Positions 37,664 to 51,148 are shown, counted from the stretch's first letter. The stretch is 64,000 bases of DNA from Hyphochytrium catenoides (GCA_900088475.1 FLMG01002763.1:1-64000), one strand, 5' to 3'. Made by a program: numbers and translations. The notes: a model not told the origin generated them from the sequence alone.

Positions 37664-38429
37664 TCAGAAGCGCTCGTTCATCCTGCTGGCGACATTTCTC
37701 ATTTGGTTGTACACCTTGCCAGGAGGTGCTCCCAGGATAAGCGAACAAATCGCATCTCTCGCCAGCTTGATGTTAGCGAAGGAGCCCAGAATGTGCACTT
37801 TGGTCTCCGCCAAGACAATTCTCGTCCTGGTCGCATTCTCTATCGCATACTTTGTCTTCCCGCCTTGTCCGGCAATGCGGCCAATCGCGCGGCTCAGATG
37901 GTCTCCTCTTAGTGTCTTCACATCTGTTATATCAAAGGTCTCAACGTAGAGATCGTCGAGTCGGAGCAGTGCCACGGCATCTTGGACCTCGAAACCCATC
38001 ATGAAAGCTTGTACGAAATCACAGCCCTTCTGCAGGCCGCCAATGTCTTCAGTCATTCCTGAAGTCTTGAGCTCCACACACCGCGTCTTCGTGTTCATTC
38101 GAACCTAGATGGGAAGACGACGTTTTTAGAGTCTAGGTCTTTCTACACCCTATACACACTCAATGCTTACGGCCTACCTGGAGCTTCAGATATTCAACCA
38201 GGGGTCTTAGAATGTGCTCCCAGTTTTCCCTCAGCGGTGTGTATCGGTGATTTGGCACACGGATCTTCCTATATTCGTCAACACCTTGGTTGAGCTGACT
38301 CGCCTTAAGTGCTGGAAATGCCGGCTTGATAGTGGGTACTTCTGCCATATCCTCGTCCTCCTGGTCCATACTTCGGCGCTCAACATCTTCCGCCTTAAAG
38401 ACCATCTGATTTGTGCTTTCGACCTCCAT
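37664..38429 (-). CDS. PNO1: KH-domain ribosome biogenesis factor PNO1/DIM2, two exons
   Basis: RKIRVPNHRYTPLRENW; ALLRLDDLYVETFDITDVKTLRGDHLSRAIGRIAGQGGKTKYAIENATRTRIV; LILGAPPGKVY. Confidence 0.97.
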
Positions 38430-39192
38430 GATAGACTAAGTTCTTGTTACCTTCTTCTGTCCAACTAGCCAACACGCTCCAAAGGAATCTCTCACCCTCG
38501 TTAGACTGAAGCTCAAGCTCTGGCCGCGCTCCGTCTGAGTCTCAACTACAATCTTCATCGTTCTTCATCAGCAAAGAATAACAGCCCAGTCACTGCGGAT
38601 CAGAAGCCCATTGCAGACGCTTCAATTGGTTGGCGCAACACAGAACATTATCCCGAATCCGCTTCATCTCCTCCTGAATATCAGCCATACACATTCTTCA
38701 TGTACTCAACAAGCCCTACTCCGAGGGGATTACTCAGTGGGGTTTGAGATCATCAATGGCTCCTGGAGGAAGTCAGAATGGGGCTGCATCTGTCTTGAAG
38801 AGTAGGTGAGGTGAGGAGGTTGCACTTCCTAACAGAATATGAGGAGTCAGCAAGCCAGCACAAGTGGGACACAGCGGGAAAGTCTGACCTCTGGACCTCT
38901 GGACCTCTCTGGACTTGCAGGTGCAGCAGTAGCTGGTATTGCTATCTTCCAACTATCTTCCAGCATCATTGGCCCCTGGTTGAGCTGGCCGACGGAGAGA
39001 GCGAGCGAACAGAAGCAAGAGAGAGCCCTCTCTCTCTGAGATAGCAGTGTCTATATCGCTACCGGCCTCCGAAGCGGAGAAACTGACCGCCGTCAGTTAG
39101 ATCATACTTGCGCTTAGCTAGCTCAAGTCGAGCAAAGCCGGAGGATCTAGCTGAGGTTGAGGAGATACAGGGAGAAAGGGAAGGTGGCAAGG

Positions 39193-41824
39193 ATGGCTAG
39201 CGAGTCGAGGCCACTCTTAGGCGCCACGGGCTTGAAGAAGAGATCAAGCTTAGATGAACAATCAAGGATCGTGATCCCTCCAGAAGAGTTGGATGCCATA
39301 CAGAAAAAGCTCTCCAGGCAGCATCATGACAAACTCGGAGAGATCCCCGCCACCGCTATTTGCGGCAATGACAGTAAGATCCAATTGCCTTGCCCTTTTA
39401 TTCCTTATCACTGCTAATGTGGCAGATTGCATGGTCGTCCGTCAACTAGCCCACCATCAGACATCTCTCTCCCGCGCGGTTTCTGTCTCTCTCCCTTTGA
39501 TGTGGCACTCTCTAATGTCGTCATGTGCATCCTCTCCATTATCAATATCCTCACTATAAAGTCCTATCGAGCTGCCTCTATGTGGCTGGCACTGTGGCGG
39601 AAAAGGGTGGCATTCTGGCCCCAGTCAATCTGGCGCTTGTGGCTGGAATGCTTTATTTATTCAGAGCAATCTATGGGGAAGCAGTATCTGCTCTGCCGAT
39701 GAACGGAGGATCCTATAATGTCCTTATCAATACCACGTCCAAGCAGACCGCGGCCTTTGCTGCCTCGTTGGCAGTATTATCGTACATTGCCACCGGTAAG
39801 CTAAGCGAGTTCCTTACCTTCTCCATGTCTCAATTTCCTTTTGGCCCAACTATCTTGTGCTTGTCATAGTGACCATTGTTTTCTAGTATGTGATAGCTGT
39901 CTGCTCTACTCATTCCATTGTGATAGCCTTCTTTGCTGGCATACTTGACTGTATAATCTCTGGACGGCCCGTTCTTCTCTCGCTGGTGCAGCGTGGTCTC
40001 CCTCCGACCCGTCTGGCCATGTTTCCTGGTTCGGGTTGCCTCCCACCTCATTTTAGGCGCACATAGTCTCCGTGTTCTTCTCTGACCTTCATCCTGACTG
40101 TCTCATGTTACTCTTCCCAGGCGTTGTATCAGCCACTAGCGCAAATAACTATCTCGCTAGTATTATCGATGGTTATCCGGTGGTTCCCGCCACCATCGGT
40201 CTGTTATTCTTCTTTGCCCTCTTAAACTATATCGGGATCACAGAGAGTGCCATGGTGGCTGCAGGAATCTTCGTAGTACACACGGGGACGCTGCTCCTTC
40301 TCTGTGTAACATCTCTTTCCTACGCTATTAGCCACCCTCAGATCCTTTTGAATAACTGGCACGAACCTTGGCCTGACATTGACCTGGCTGGCGTCATTCA
40401 ACCAGGTGAGGATACTTCAGCAAACAACAGGAAGATAGAGAAAGGATCTTACTTCAGAAAGGGAAAGTCGTAAAGGAGAGGGAGCAAAGTAGAATTGGAA
40501 AAGACAGCGATGCCGATAACAGGATAGAAAAGAAAGGCATCAAAGAGCTTACTCTCGCCTCTCCTGCCCATTCTCTTCTTACCCCTCTTCAGGGACTTTC
40601 TGGACGGCTCTTTATTTTGGATGTGCTACTGCCATGCTGGGAATCTCTGGCTTCGAGAGCTCATCTCAGTTCGTACAGGAGCAAGAGAAAGGAGTATTCC
40701 CCAAGACTCTGCGGAATATGTGGCTAGGAGTTGTCATTTTCAATCCTCTTCTATCGTTTCTCTCTCTCTGCGTACTACCGCTCACGGGCTCAGGCAGCAT
40801 CCAGGAGAATAGAGACAACGTTCTTGCCGAAATGGGCAAAGTAAGTGGCGGTCGATGGCTCCAGCATTGGGTGGCCATCGACGCCTTCATCGTTCTGTCC
40901 GGTGCTGTCCTTACTGCCTATGTCGGCATAGGCGGGCTGATTCGGAGAATGGCTTCGGATCGATGCCTCCCTCAGTTTCTGCTCACGACAAATCAGTGGC
41001 GCGGCACTTATCACTACATTATCTTTGGATTCTTCTTGATTGCCTCAAGCCTGGAGCTCATTCTACGCGGAGATACTGCTGCCCTTGCTGGTGTCTATAC
41101 CTACGCCTTTCTTTCTTTGATGGCTCTCTTCTGCTTGGGGACCATCATGCTCAAGTACAAACGCCCAGAGCTTCCCAGGGAGGAAGTCTGCCCTTGGTGG
41201 AAGCTTGTGTTGGCTATGATATGTGTCTGGATGGGCTTTATCGGGAACCTATTAGGAGATCCACGAGTCCTAACTTTCTTTGCAATCTATTGGCTCGCGG
41301 TGGTGGCAGTCTTGGTGGTGATGTTTATGAGGAAGCAGTTCCTTCGGGTCCTGTTCTACGCGCTACGAATATTCTGCCCGTCTCAGCATGATCCCTCTGC
41401 TCAGCACACGGGCGCAAGAGGAGGAAGAACTGTGGCAAAGCTCTATAAAGAAGTGATGGACAGGCCAATGCTGTTCTTTGTGAAGCAGCCGGATCTGGTC
41501 ATTATGAACAAAGCGCTGCTTTATGTTAGGAACAACGAAGACACGCATCATCTCTATATGGTGCACTGCCAGGCTTCTGATGAGGAAGATCAAAGGGAAA
41601 TCTTCGAAAAGTACATCGACATCCTGCGGCAGATCTATCCGANNNNNNNNNNNNNNNNNNNNNNNNNNNNNNNNNNNNNNNNNNNNNNNNTTGGACCCGC
41701 CACTATTGATTGGCTCTCGGAGAAGTATTCAATCCCAAAGAACTTGATGTTCATCAAGTGCCCAGGAGCAGAGCTTCTGCATGATCTCGCCTCCCTTGGC
41801 GGAGTTAGGGTGATCACTGCTTAG
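39193..41824 (+). CDS. APC-superfamily amino acid permease with a cytosolic C-terminal domain; exons about 39193-39373, 39562-39795, 40121-40405, 40593-41824 (N gap 41643-41690)
   Basis: ATAICGNDILSSCLY; ALPMNGGSYNVL; LGISGFESS; IDAFIVLSGAVLTAYVG; DRCLP; many hydrophobic helices; ends LGGVRVITA*. Confidence 0.92.
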
Positions 41825-42827
41825 CTGTCCAAGGGCTCGCAGCTGTTAACTGAAAGGTTCACCGTGGTGCCGTCCTTGGTGGGTTAGGAGTTCCATGGGA
41901 GCAGTGTAAAGGCCAAGAGCAAGCAGAAGGCGAAGGAACAACCACTGCTTGCTGTTGACATGTTTTCAATAAAGTTATTGATTAGCACAGGCGTTACTGG
42001 GCGTCCTAGAGAAGACCAGACGTTCCATCTGCGAGTAAGATGTCCTGGAGACTTCCAATATGTGTAACCTACCTTGCTTGTACCCCTTATAACGCACTGC
42101 CACCCTGTTGCCCTCAGTGTACTCGAGGGCAGCTTGTTGCTACTCCCTCTTTCCTCTACTCGCTAGCGATGACTTTGTTTCACTCTTGATAGCTTGACAC
42201 TTCTGGCAGGGAAGTTTGAGACAGAAAAGCCGATGACGGCGGAGACCGATGAAGATCCCTTAGGCCCACAATGGGACAGAGACAGCAGAGAAGGCTTCTG
42301 AACTCTTTCCTCTCTTTGTAGGAAACTTCACAGGTAATGGTCCAGAGGTCGTCGTTTATATTAGCTCTTCGACAGTTTTACAGCTTTAGGACAGCCCACA
42401 TTTACTGAGGGTAATATCATGATACCTATTAAATGTAGTGACTTTCACAATGTCTTCCGACGATATTCGTATAAGAGAGAGCAAAGGGCTCTTTGTCTTT
42501 TCATTTTCTGAGAGAAACCTTCCCTAGCTTCTGGAAGTGCGGAGGCGTTGAAGAGAGGAAGGAAGGAAGATTGACACGCAGGGCTGAGACCGTGAGACCG
42601 CGCCATTGGTACACTTCTGACGCCCATCACTTGGAAGCAGAGCCTCCTCTGGACAAGCTGAGCTTCCCTTATACGATTCCTGCTCAAAGCGATAAGTCTT
42701 GCTGTTGCGGCCGTGGCTATACATATCGCGCTCCACCACGAAAGGGGTTCTGCGCTGTAGACGATAGCCCCGTTGTCGCTCCATAGTAGACGCCAGCTGG
42801 GCGTTCGCTGCCCTTGGCTAGGTCACA

Positions 42828-44840
42828 ATGGATAGGCTGGACCCCACGCAGGTAGCTCAATATGACTCTTGCTTGCGACTAGTCATTATGCTGGACATTT
42901 GAGCCGTGCGCTATGGTTCTGAACCTTTGCTTCCTTCCTAGGAGATCCAACTCTATGAAACTTCTAATGACAGAGCGAAGTACGAGGATATGGCTGACCT
43001 CTATGCAATCATCAAGGTACGGAGCAAGCCAACGTGTTCTCTCTCCACTACCCTGCGCTCCCCTCCTGTGTCACTGTCTTCAGTGTCACTGACTTCAATC
43101 TTTCTTACCCCTCGCGTTTTCACCTCTTTCCCCACTGGCTGCTGTTTGTGCTATCCCATCTCGGCTATTGTTCGAGCTGACCAGCTTATGCATACAGACC
43201 GTCGAACATCTGGAGAGAGCGTATGTCAGAGATGCCTGCAATCCGGAGGAGGTACGAGCCGCCGTTCAGATTAAGAGAGAATAGAGAGTGAATAGAGAGA
43301 TGTCTGTTAAGTGCCAGAAGAAGCAGGAGAGCTGCAGGCAGTTGAAACAAAGTGGAAGCGAAAGAGAAAGAGAGGAAAGTGAAGCTCCTAAGCAAGAGGG
43401 GAACGGGCAAAGGGAAATGCGCAGTGAATCAAGGTGTCTAGCTGACCGCCCTCTCCCTCTTCAAACTCACGTCTCTCAATCTGCTCCCATCTCTCTCGTT
43501 CCAGTACACCGACGCCTGCACGCGCCTCATTTCTCAGTTTAAGACTGCAGAGGCCACGCTGCACGCTCATGGCATCACGAGGATACACGAGTTCATAAAG
43601 CAATTCAAAATGGTGAGTGTCCCTCTGCTCTAGAGAAGGATCCACGTTTTCTCTTCTTTTCTGGACTCTCTCTATTGGCCTTGATGAGTTAGGTGCCTTC
43701 CGCGTGTAGAGATTCTCTCAAGCTTGAGGATTTACCTATCTGCCTTCTCTCTCTCTATATATATCCTTTTCTTCTCCCCGATGCTATTCACTAGGAATGC
43801 CCGAAGGCTGAGGAGCGGTTGTTGAAGCACGGAGTCCCAGCCACTGTCATTCACAATGCAAAGAGAACATCAGCGGATCCTCTCACCATCAATGCTGCTG
43901 TGAGTCCACGGCCTTTCTCTATCGTCGTCAATGTTCTGGCGCTGTCCTGCTATAGGTTTTACTGAGCTACTCGCTCCCTTTCCTTACGCACATGTCCTTC
44001 TTTATCGGTCTTACTCTGCAAGCTGCCTTTCTTGTTGCTATTTGTTCGTCGTTGGCATAGTCGGAGTGCTGGAGCTTCTTCCTTCTTGATCTTCAGTAAC
44101 TATTCACCATCTCCTCGGCGCTTCTTCTCCATATATTTTCTCTAGATCTTCTTTGATAAAAAACACCCTGGCTGACTCACCGTCTTTTGCAGACAGAGAA
44201 GTTTATTACGGCCACGGATGCGCTGAGGCTGAACGTTAGGGCCGTGGACGAGATACAGCTGCACATTGTAGACCTAGTCACCCACTTATCTAAGGTAAGC
44301 AGGAGGCAGAAGAACATTGGCTACCAAAGAAAAATGGATTACTGTTGTCAATAAGAGAAATAGTTCTTCTGCGGAGGAGACACGAAGGAGGTAGAAGGGG
44401 ATAGTCCAATGGAGGCACATCTAGAAGAGACAGCCCCAATCAACTGCGAGAGCGTTTGGTCAGAAAAACGCATTGCATTGGTTCATTGCCTCATTACATC
44501 TGTCCGATCTTCAGGTGTCTCTGGTACCAGCCAGCTTTGAAGGCACTGCCAAACTTCGGAACTGGTAAGTGAAGACTACGAAGGGAAGGAAAGCTGTCGG
44601 ATTGTTACGGGTTTTAAACGCCGGAAATTGACAATTAGGGGAAAAATGGAAAAGAAGGGAAGCGGAGCCCAACGCAGGGCCAATGAGTTTCCAATAACTG
44701 ATCTCTTCACTTACCGCAGGCTTGCCGAACTTAACAAGATGCGCGCGGCAGATCAGCTGAATGATGAGCAGATGAGTCAGCTCAGTCTGGACCTCGAACT
44801 TGCCTACATTGGCTTTAGAGGCTTCTTACAGAGCTCGTAA
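42828..44840 (+). CDS. VPS28: ESCRT-I subunit VPS28, multi-exon
   Basis: RAKYEDMADLYAIIKTVEHLERAYVRD; YTDACTRLISQFKT; CPKAEERL; FITATDALRLNVRAVDEI; LNKMRAADQL...QLSLDLELAY. Confidence 0.95.
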
Positions 44841-45626
44841 CAAATTTAGCGAGGAGAGAGCAAAGAGCAGCAGAGCAGGACGCAAAGGACAGAACCGACA
44901 GAATGTCACTATCACTTGTCGTCATCTCCACGTCCTGAATGACTGCTTCGGAGAAAGATAGGGGAATCACGACGCAATCTTGAGCCTCTGGTTAAGGGCT
45001 GGACCCACCAGAACTACTGTCCTTAAGACTCTGCTCATGGAAATGATATCTATGACTTTAACCGTTACTTAGAATGCCAGGCATTTGATTTCATCTTTAA
45101 AGAAGATAAACCTCGACACTACCATGTCGAGCACTGTCAGACAATAGACTTGAATCAATAGGTGAACAGGCCCATGTGGGCCGCAGAGGCCCCGTCTTTC
45201 TCTTCAAATTCTCCTCAAAAAACATCCAGCACAACTACGGAAAGCTGACCGAAGTCGTGCTTCTCCTTATTCTCCATAGTTTGAAGAGGTGCTTTGGACA
45301 CTGTCGCCTAGAGTAGCCCTAGCCTAGAGCAAAGAGGAAGAGGAGAGATGACACGGTCAATATGAGGACAAGGTTGGTTATATATTAGAGAAGCAGGGAA
45401 CTGCCTAGCTAGCTTGCGTCTGCAATAGATAAAGACCCAGAAGGTAGTCTTTTCAACAATCCAGCTTTGCAAGCTCTCAACTTTGTCACTCTTCTCTCCT
45501 CGCTTGGCGCTAGTTCATTGCAGGAGGATAGAGAGACACACTATGATTGTGTGAGCACTGTGCTCTAATAGCAGAATAATGGATAGTGCAACTGAGAGGA
45601 GGACAAGAACGGTAGAAAGGACTTGA

Positions 45627-48600
45627 TCAAAACGTCCTCTGCTTGGTGGATTTTCGTCTCTGCATCTCTTTAAGCTCTTTGTTCGAGAGATACCAGGCCC
45701 CAAGAAGAAAGATCAAGGCGTAAGTGCTAGCAAAGAGCACAAACCGGAAGCCTGAACCGCATCCGCACCCATGAATGTCAGACAAACGGACGGAGGACAA
45801 GTAATGAGGACCTATCAAGCAGAAGAATCGAGCGAGCGATTGTCGACATGGAGAAGTGGGAGGAGTAGGGCTAAGGGCTCAGAGGGAGGCGGCTAGACGA
45901 GGGCAACAATCGCACCCAAAGAGCTGACTAAGAGAGCACATGAAGCCTGCCTATCGTGGCCTTTCTTGGACGGCGACACCAAAAGATATAGCCGGCAGAA
46001 GGAGGAGGGAAGGTTATCTTCTAGGTGCTTACCAAGACGGTATGAGCAGGCGTTATTACATCCTTCAAAGTATGACCCCGGAACTGAGCTTCGATTGTGA
46101 ATCACATTCATCAGCCAACCTGCAAGCAGTGAAAAAGGTTACCCGAGGACCGTCATTCTGTCTTTCCAAGTTCTTTGCCACTACCCGTTCAATGCCTTTC
46201 ATGCTCAAATATGCTACCATCAGTCCATAATCAGGACAGAACCCCTTCTCCGACTGTGACTCGTAGTTGAATCTTCTCATGACTCACCTGAGGAGACTGG
46301 GGAAAGAAAATAGCCAAAGGTGTTGAAGACAATGACGGAGAATGACGAGGCGAAGGGACGCGATTCCCGAGGGACACTGGATATAAAGATTCCTGTGCAA
46401 GGGGAGAGCACACATCCACCTAAAGAAGTAGCGGGAGTCACATTAGGAGCGCAAGAAAAGAGAGTAAGAGGGGTAGCAAGACAGGTCCACCGTTTTAGAA
46501 CCATTTGCATCAGAGACAGTGTGCATTAGCTCGCAGGTGCCAAAAGGTGATGCACTTACCGAAGAAGAGCAAAGCCCAAAGAAGCAGGGCACAAACGTCT
46601 GCAGTGGGGAAAGAGGAAGCAGACGCATTAAGGTCTCAACTTGAGCCAGGAAGTATCTCAAATAACGCGTGAGACAAAACGGACTACGGACTGTGGGGTG
46701 GCAGACTGGGGCCATGATGCACTTTCGATATAGAGCTTGATAGAGGACTCACAGAGATTGTCTACGTAAGTGACTGGCGCTGCACAGCAGAGCGCCAGAA
46801 AGCCCAAGATGCAGCACACCTTCAACGTCCGAGTTCTGCAGTAGAGGAGGGAGAGTAGAGTCAAGGGCAAAGAATTTGGAATCCTTCCTGACTAGTCATA
46901 ACCTGAAGACCCTTACTTATCTCTGATGTTGATGTGGTATAGCGTGTGCCTATATTTGTTAGCGCTCACCTGTTCACAAGCCCATCATACCCGCCTAGTC
47001 TATCAATTAACCAACCACCTAGAAAAACTCCGAGAAGAGGGCCAGTGGCTGAGACGACGACGTAGAGTATATTCACGATGTAGGTTGAGCCGTGGAGCGC
47101 AGAGATCATGTACGCTGTGCTCCAGAATTGAATGCCCTAATAGACATAAGGCAGATGGCGCGTGAGACGAACACTCTCAAAACGGCGACTTCTCAAAGAC
47201 GCATTTGTTGGACGAGGAGAGAGATGGCGCGTGAGACGAACATTCTCAAAACGGCGACTTCTCAAAGACGCATTTGTTGGATGAGGAGAGAACAGGGAGA
47301 CAGACAAAAAGTAGACTAGTGTGACGAGGTGCATAAGTATTTGATAGCGCGAGATCGAGGTCAACGAAAGGCAGAGGAGGCTCAATCTGGCTGGTGTTAC
47401 ACGACCAAAATGATGCGGCAAACCCTTTCCCTAGTCTCACACCCTTTCTCTCACCGTGACTACAAAGTAGAGCGCTGTTAAGGCGAAGACTGTCAGGTTG
47501 AAGACAGGAATCTTCAAAAATGTTACGGACTTCTTGCTTGTCACCTCTGCCTCTCTGAAGCCGTTACCATCCTTCTGGAATGTGCTTCCATAGTTACCAG
47601 CCGGACTTTCAATATGATTAGCCCTTTCCGGCGATAAGGCCGGCTCACTGCTGGTTGTGGATTCTTCGGCCACTTCCTTGACGTCTGGTATGTCCTCAAA
47701 GCGGTTGCTCGGCCTTCTTTGCGCTGAGTCAAGCTCCCTAGATCGCGACACATTGCCAAATATGTTAGCAAAGACGTCTCCAAGAGTCTGGCTTGTATCG
47801 TCTCTACGAGAACCTTACTCTGCACAGTTAAGAAATACTGCTGTGCGGTTCCTGTGGTTCCTCCCACATCCCTCCATCTCCTTACAATCTCTCTTACCCT
47901 GCATCCATGTCAAATCTCCCAGGCTCGAAGGAATCGAGCCTGTACCGAGGAGTGAGGTAAGAAGCACGAAGAGCGAAGAGCTCAGCTTCCTTGATAGCAG
48001 GATGGTGATGTCCCGAGCCCAAGTCGTCCAGAACGATCTTGGTCTCCGCTTCCCATTCATAATCAGGCTACGATAACGTACTTAGTAAAAACTGCTTGCA
48101 GAGAAGGCCAACAGATCTAATGAGATCGTGCTCGCTATGATAGAGACTTTTGCCGTAATAGAAAATAGCGGAGGGGAAGTAGTAGCAGAGTCTACTGGCA
48201 ATTGCGACACCCACCCCTAATCGGCCAGGAAAAGGGAAACGTCGACCTACCTCCTCTACGGTTGTGAGACGTCGCAGGAATCTTTCCTCGACCTTCATGT
48301 GCCGCCGAGGGATGAAAAACGTGCCAACGGCAAGTGGGGCCACAAGCACAGCCTGCGGAAGTACGTTGGGAGACCATATAATTCAGAATCGAGTGAGCGA
48401 TACGGAGAACAGGAGGAGAAACAAGGTATGTAACCCCTACAGGGTGACACAGCATAGCGAAGCTAAGACTGGAAGAGGCCCACAAAGGATAGAGGGCAAG
48501 CATGTCATAGCGATGACGACAGCGGAAAGTACGGGAACAATTGACTTCTAGCAAGATAGCCCATGCCCATGCTAAAAGTGGTAGAAGACGGCTAAACAGA

Positions 48601-50487
48601 GGTACACAGTTCGCACCTGTAGTACGAAAGGAAGGCGCCAACATGCTAGGACACCACAGCCTGTAGCGCTGGAGACTGCCAGAGAGAAGGCGGCAATGGC
48701 ATATCCTGCCATAACCCCCAGAGGAACAGACCCTTGCAGAAAGCTGAGCCATCCCGTGCGCTTAGCCTGAGTCATCGAAAACCGTCTTGAGATCCTCAAG
48801 AGAGTCGTACATCCGAACAAGACGAGTAGAAGAAGCACTAAAGGGGGGTATGGCACAAAGTACGGCGAGCAAAGCAAGCAAAGACAGAGAACACACATGG
48901 GATAATCGGCATTGCAACTTCTTGAAATGAGCCTCCCCAAATACAACAAATAGCAGAGTGGTAGAGTTCAAGAGGAATACTTCTCAAAAGATGATGAGAC
49001 GGAAGTTTGCGAGAGGAGGCACCTTCGGTGCAAATTCGTCGACCCACAGCGGCGAGTAGACGCAGAGAAATGCCTGTGAATATCCAATCATCGCTCTACA
49101 CAGAATAAGAAGGAGGCTGCTCCACGAGTAGCCGGTTGGGGTGAGTGCGAACGCCAATGTCGCGATGTCATTCAAGATCAGAGCCACGCCCATCACTGTC
49201 CGCACATCGTAATGCTGACAGCAGATTAGAGCCATGCGAGAGATTGTGCCAGGGTGGAGGAGACGCGGCGTTAAATGAAAAAAAAAAAGCCAACTGATAC
49301 TGTGTGCAGAGAGGAAGAAGCATAGACTGCCATTAAGATGCATGACTGAAAGAGCCAAGAGAGAGACGTAGTGCCCGCCTAGTAAGCATCGGCGAGGAGC
49401 AAATGGGGCCCATTGGCAATGAGATAAGGAGGCACGTGGAGAGAGGAAGGCATGAATGGAGCGCGAGCAGAGGCAGAAGAGCGAAAGAGAGGGAAATCAA
49501 CCTTGAGTAAATAGGCTGCTGAGGGCGATGCTAAGCTAATTGTAAGATACACGATCCCTCCCAGCATCCCTTGTTCCGCCAAGCTCATGTTAAAGCTCTC
49601 CGCCAGCTCTACCAACAGTGCAGGCACACAGCCTGCCTCCAGATATATAAAGATCTGGAAGATTATCATCCACTAAGACGAGGAGTAAGAGCGTTAGCAA
49701 AAGAACTAGACAGATAATGAAGACCTTGGAGATGACAAGGATCAGCTATATGAGAGGGAGAACGTAAGGCCCAGCAAGGTGATAAACATTGATAACGAGA
49801 GGGATACGGTCCAAAACAAAGGGAGAAAACATCGATCGAAGTGAATAAGGAATATCGAAAAGCTACAGAGCTGGACACAGGGCGTAGACAGCCGGGAATG
49901 TCGGAGAGCCAACTAATAGAAGAACAAAAGCGAGTCATGACCCAAGAGGAGGCTGATAGGACTGAAAGGCTGGACATCTCCATACCGGGAACAGGTAAGC
50001 CGCGCCGTAGGGGTCGAGATCGGTACATTCTTCCTCCTGATACGGCGATGGAGAGACACCATCCACAGGCGAGTGCAGATTGGGTCCAGCCAATCTGGGA
50101 GGCCTCTGTAAGAGAGGGACCACAGTGCAGAGGACAGGAAGTAAGAAGGAGCTGGAGACGAGAATGAAGAGAGAGGAGCAGAGGGTAGAAGAGAAAAAGA
50201 GATTGGCCAGAAGAGGACTGGATACCTAGAGACTGGTTGCAGTCTCAGGGATCAGAAGGCCCGACAAGAGCGGATGGTCAACATAAGAGCGGCCCCTTCC
50301 CATTGCTAATGACATATGGGACGTGCTGGTGGCCAATAGATCGCACAAAGATGTAGCCAACGGTAGAAATAGATGGACTGACGTCGCATGCTGTACCTAC
50401 CTTCCTCTCTTCTGCGTCTGGACTGCTCAATTCTCCATCAGAAACGGAGGAGAGCAGGAGCGGCGTCCTCTCGTTGGCCCTCGGCAT
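45627..50487 (-). CDS. Spinster-like MFS transporter, multi-exon
   Basis: IYLEAGCVPALL...QGMLGGIVY; RAMIGYSQAFLCVYSPLWVDEFAP; WLSFLQGSVPLGVMAGY; WRLPFVLQ; last helix GFRFVLFASTYALIFLLGAW; N-terminal ERTPLL. Confidence 0.85.
47153..47291. repeat. Intronic tandem duplication, 69-bp unit x2
   Basis: AGATGGCGCGTGAGACGAAC...GAGGAGAG at 47153 and 47222, about 2 mismatches. Confidence 0.93.
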
Positions 50488-50964
50488 TTCTCCTTGCTTG
50501 AGACAGGAGACCGCAAGGGTCCCACCAATGAGAATGGGTCTCTTATAGGTAGAGAATGACAGGATCTCCCATACTTAGTGCCCTTCTGAAAACAGCGACT
50601 GAGGTAACTCAGAGCTACTTGTAAGAGAACGAAGAAGTTGAGATTAGCTGCCACCGACTGCACCGAGAGGAAGGAAGATAGAGAGGTATAGAGAGGAGAC
50701 CCAGTGAAGATAAGGCGCGACGAATTAAGGCATTGGAAGAAAATGATATTAGAAGAGATGCATCTCCAGATCCTCGCTCAGAGCTCCCTCTACCTTGGGT
50801 CAGGGCTGCCGTCGGCTCTAATAACCTTGTAAGGGCGAACAGCTTCTCAGGTCTACGAGCTTCTCCTACTCCGTGCTTCTTCTTCCTTGACCTTTCCCGC
50901 TCTATCTTTATTGGACTTCGTGCTAAGGATCGCCGACCCACGCTCCCTACTCCTTCTGGTCGGC

Positions 50965-51148
50965 CTTTCTCTCTCTCTCTCTCTGCTCTCTCTGCTCTCT
51001 CCGCTCGCTCTCTCTCTCTGTCTCTCTCTCTCTCTCTCATTCCCCTCTCTCTCTCTNNNNNNNNNNNNNNNNNNNNNNNNNNNNNNNNNNNNNNNNNNNN
51101 NNNNNNNNNNNNNNTCTCTCTCTCTCTCTCCCTCTCTCCCTCCTTCCT
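50965..51148 (+). repeat. (CT)n microsatellite with N gap (51057-51114) upstream of the MFS gene
   Basis: Seen directly. Confidence 0.9.

Noticed and set aside
4009-38429. Cluster of RNA-processing genes (SART1, UTP18, PNO1)
   Set aside because: They are interspersed with unrelated genes and belong to a large housekeeping class, so chance is a sufficient explanation
42230-42790. Short ORFs between the permease and VPS28
   Set aside because: No coherent exon chain or homology signal
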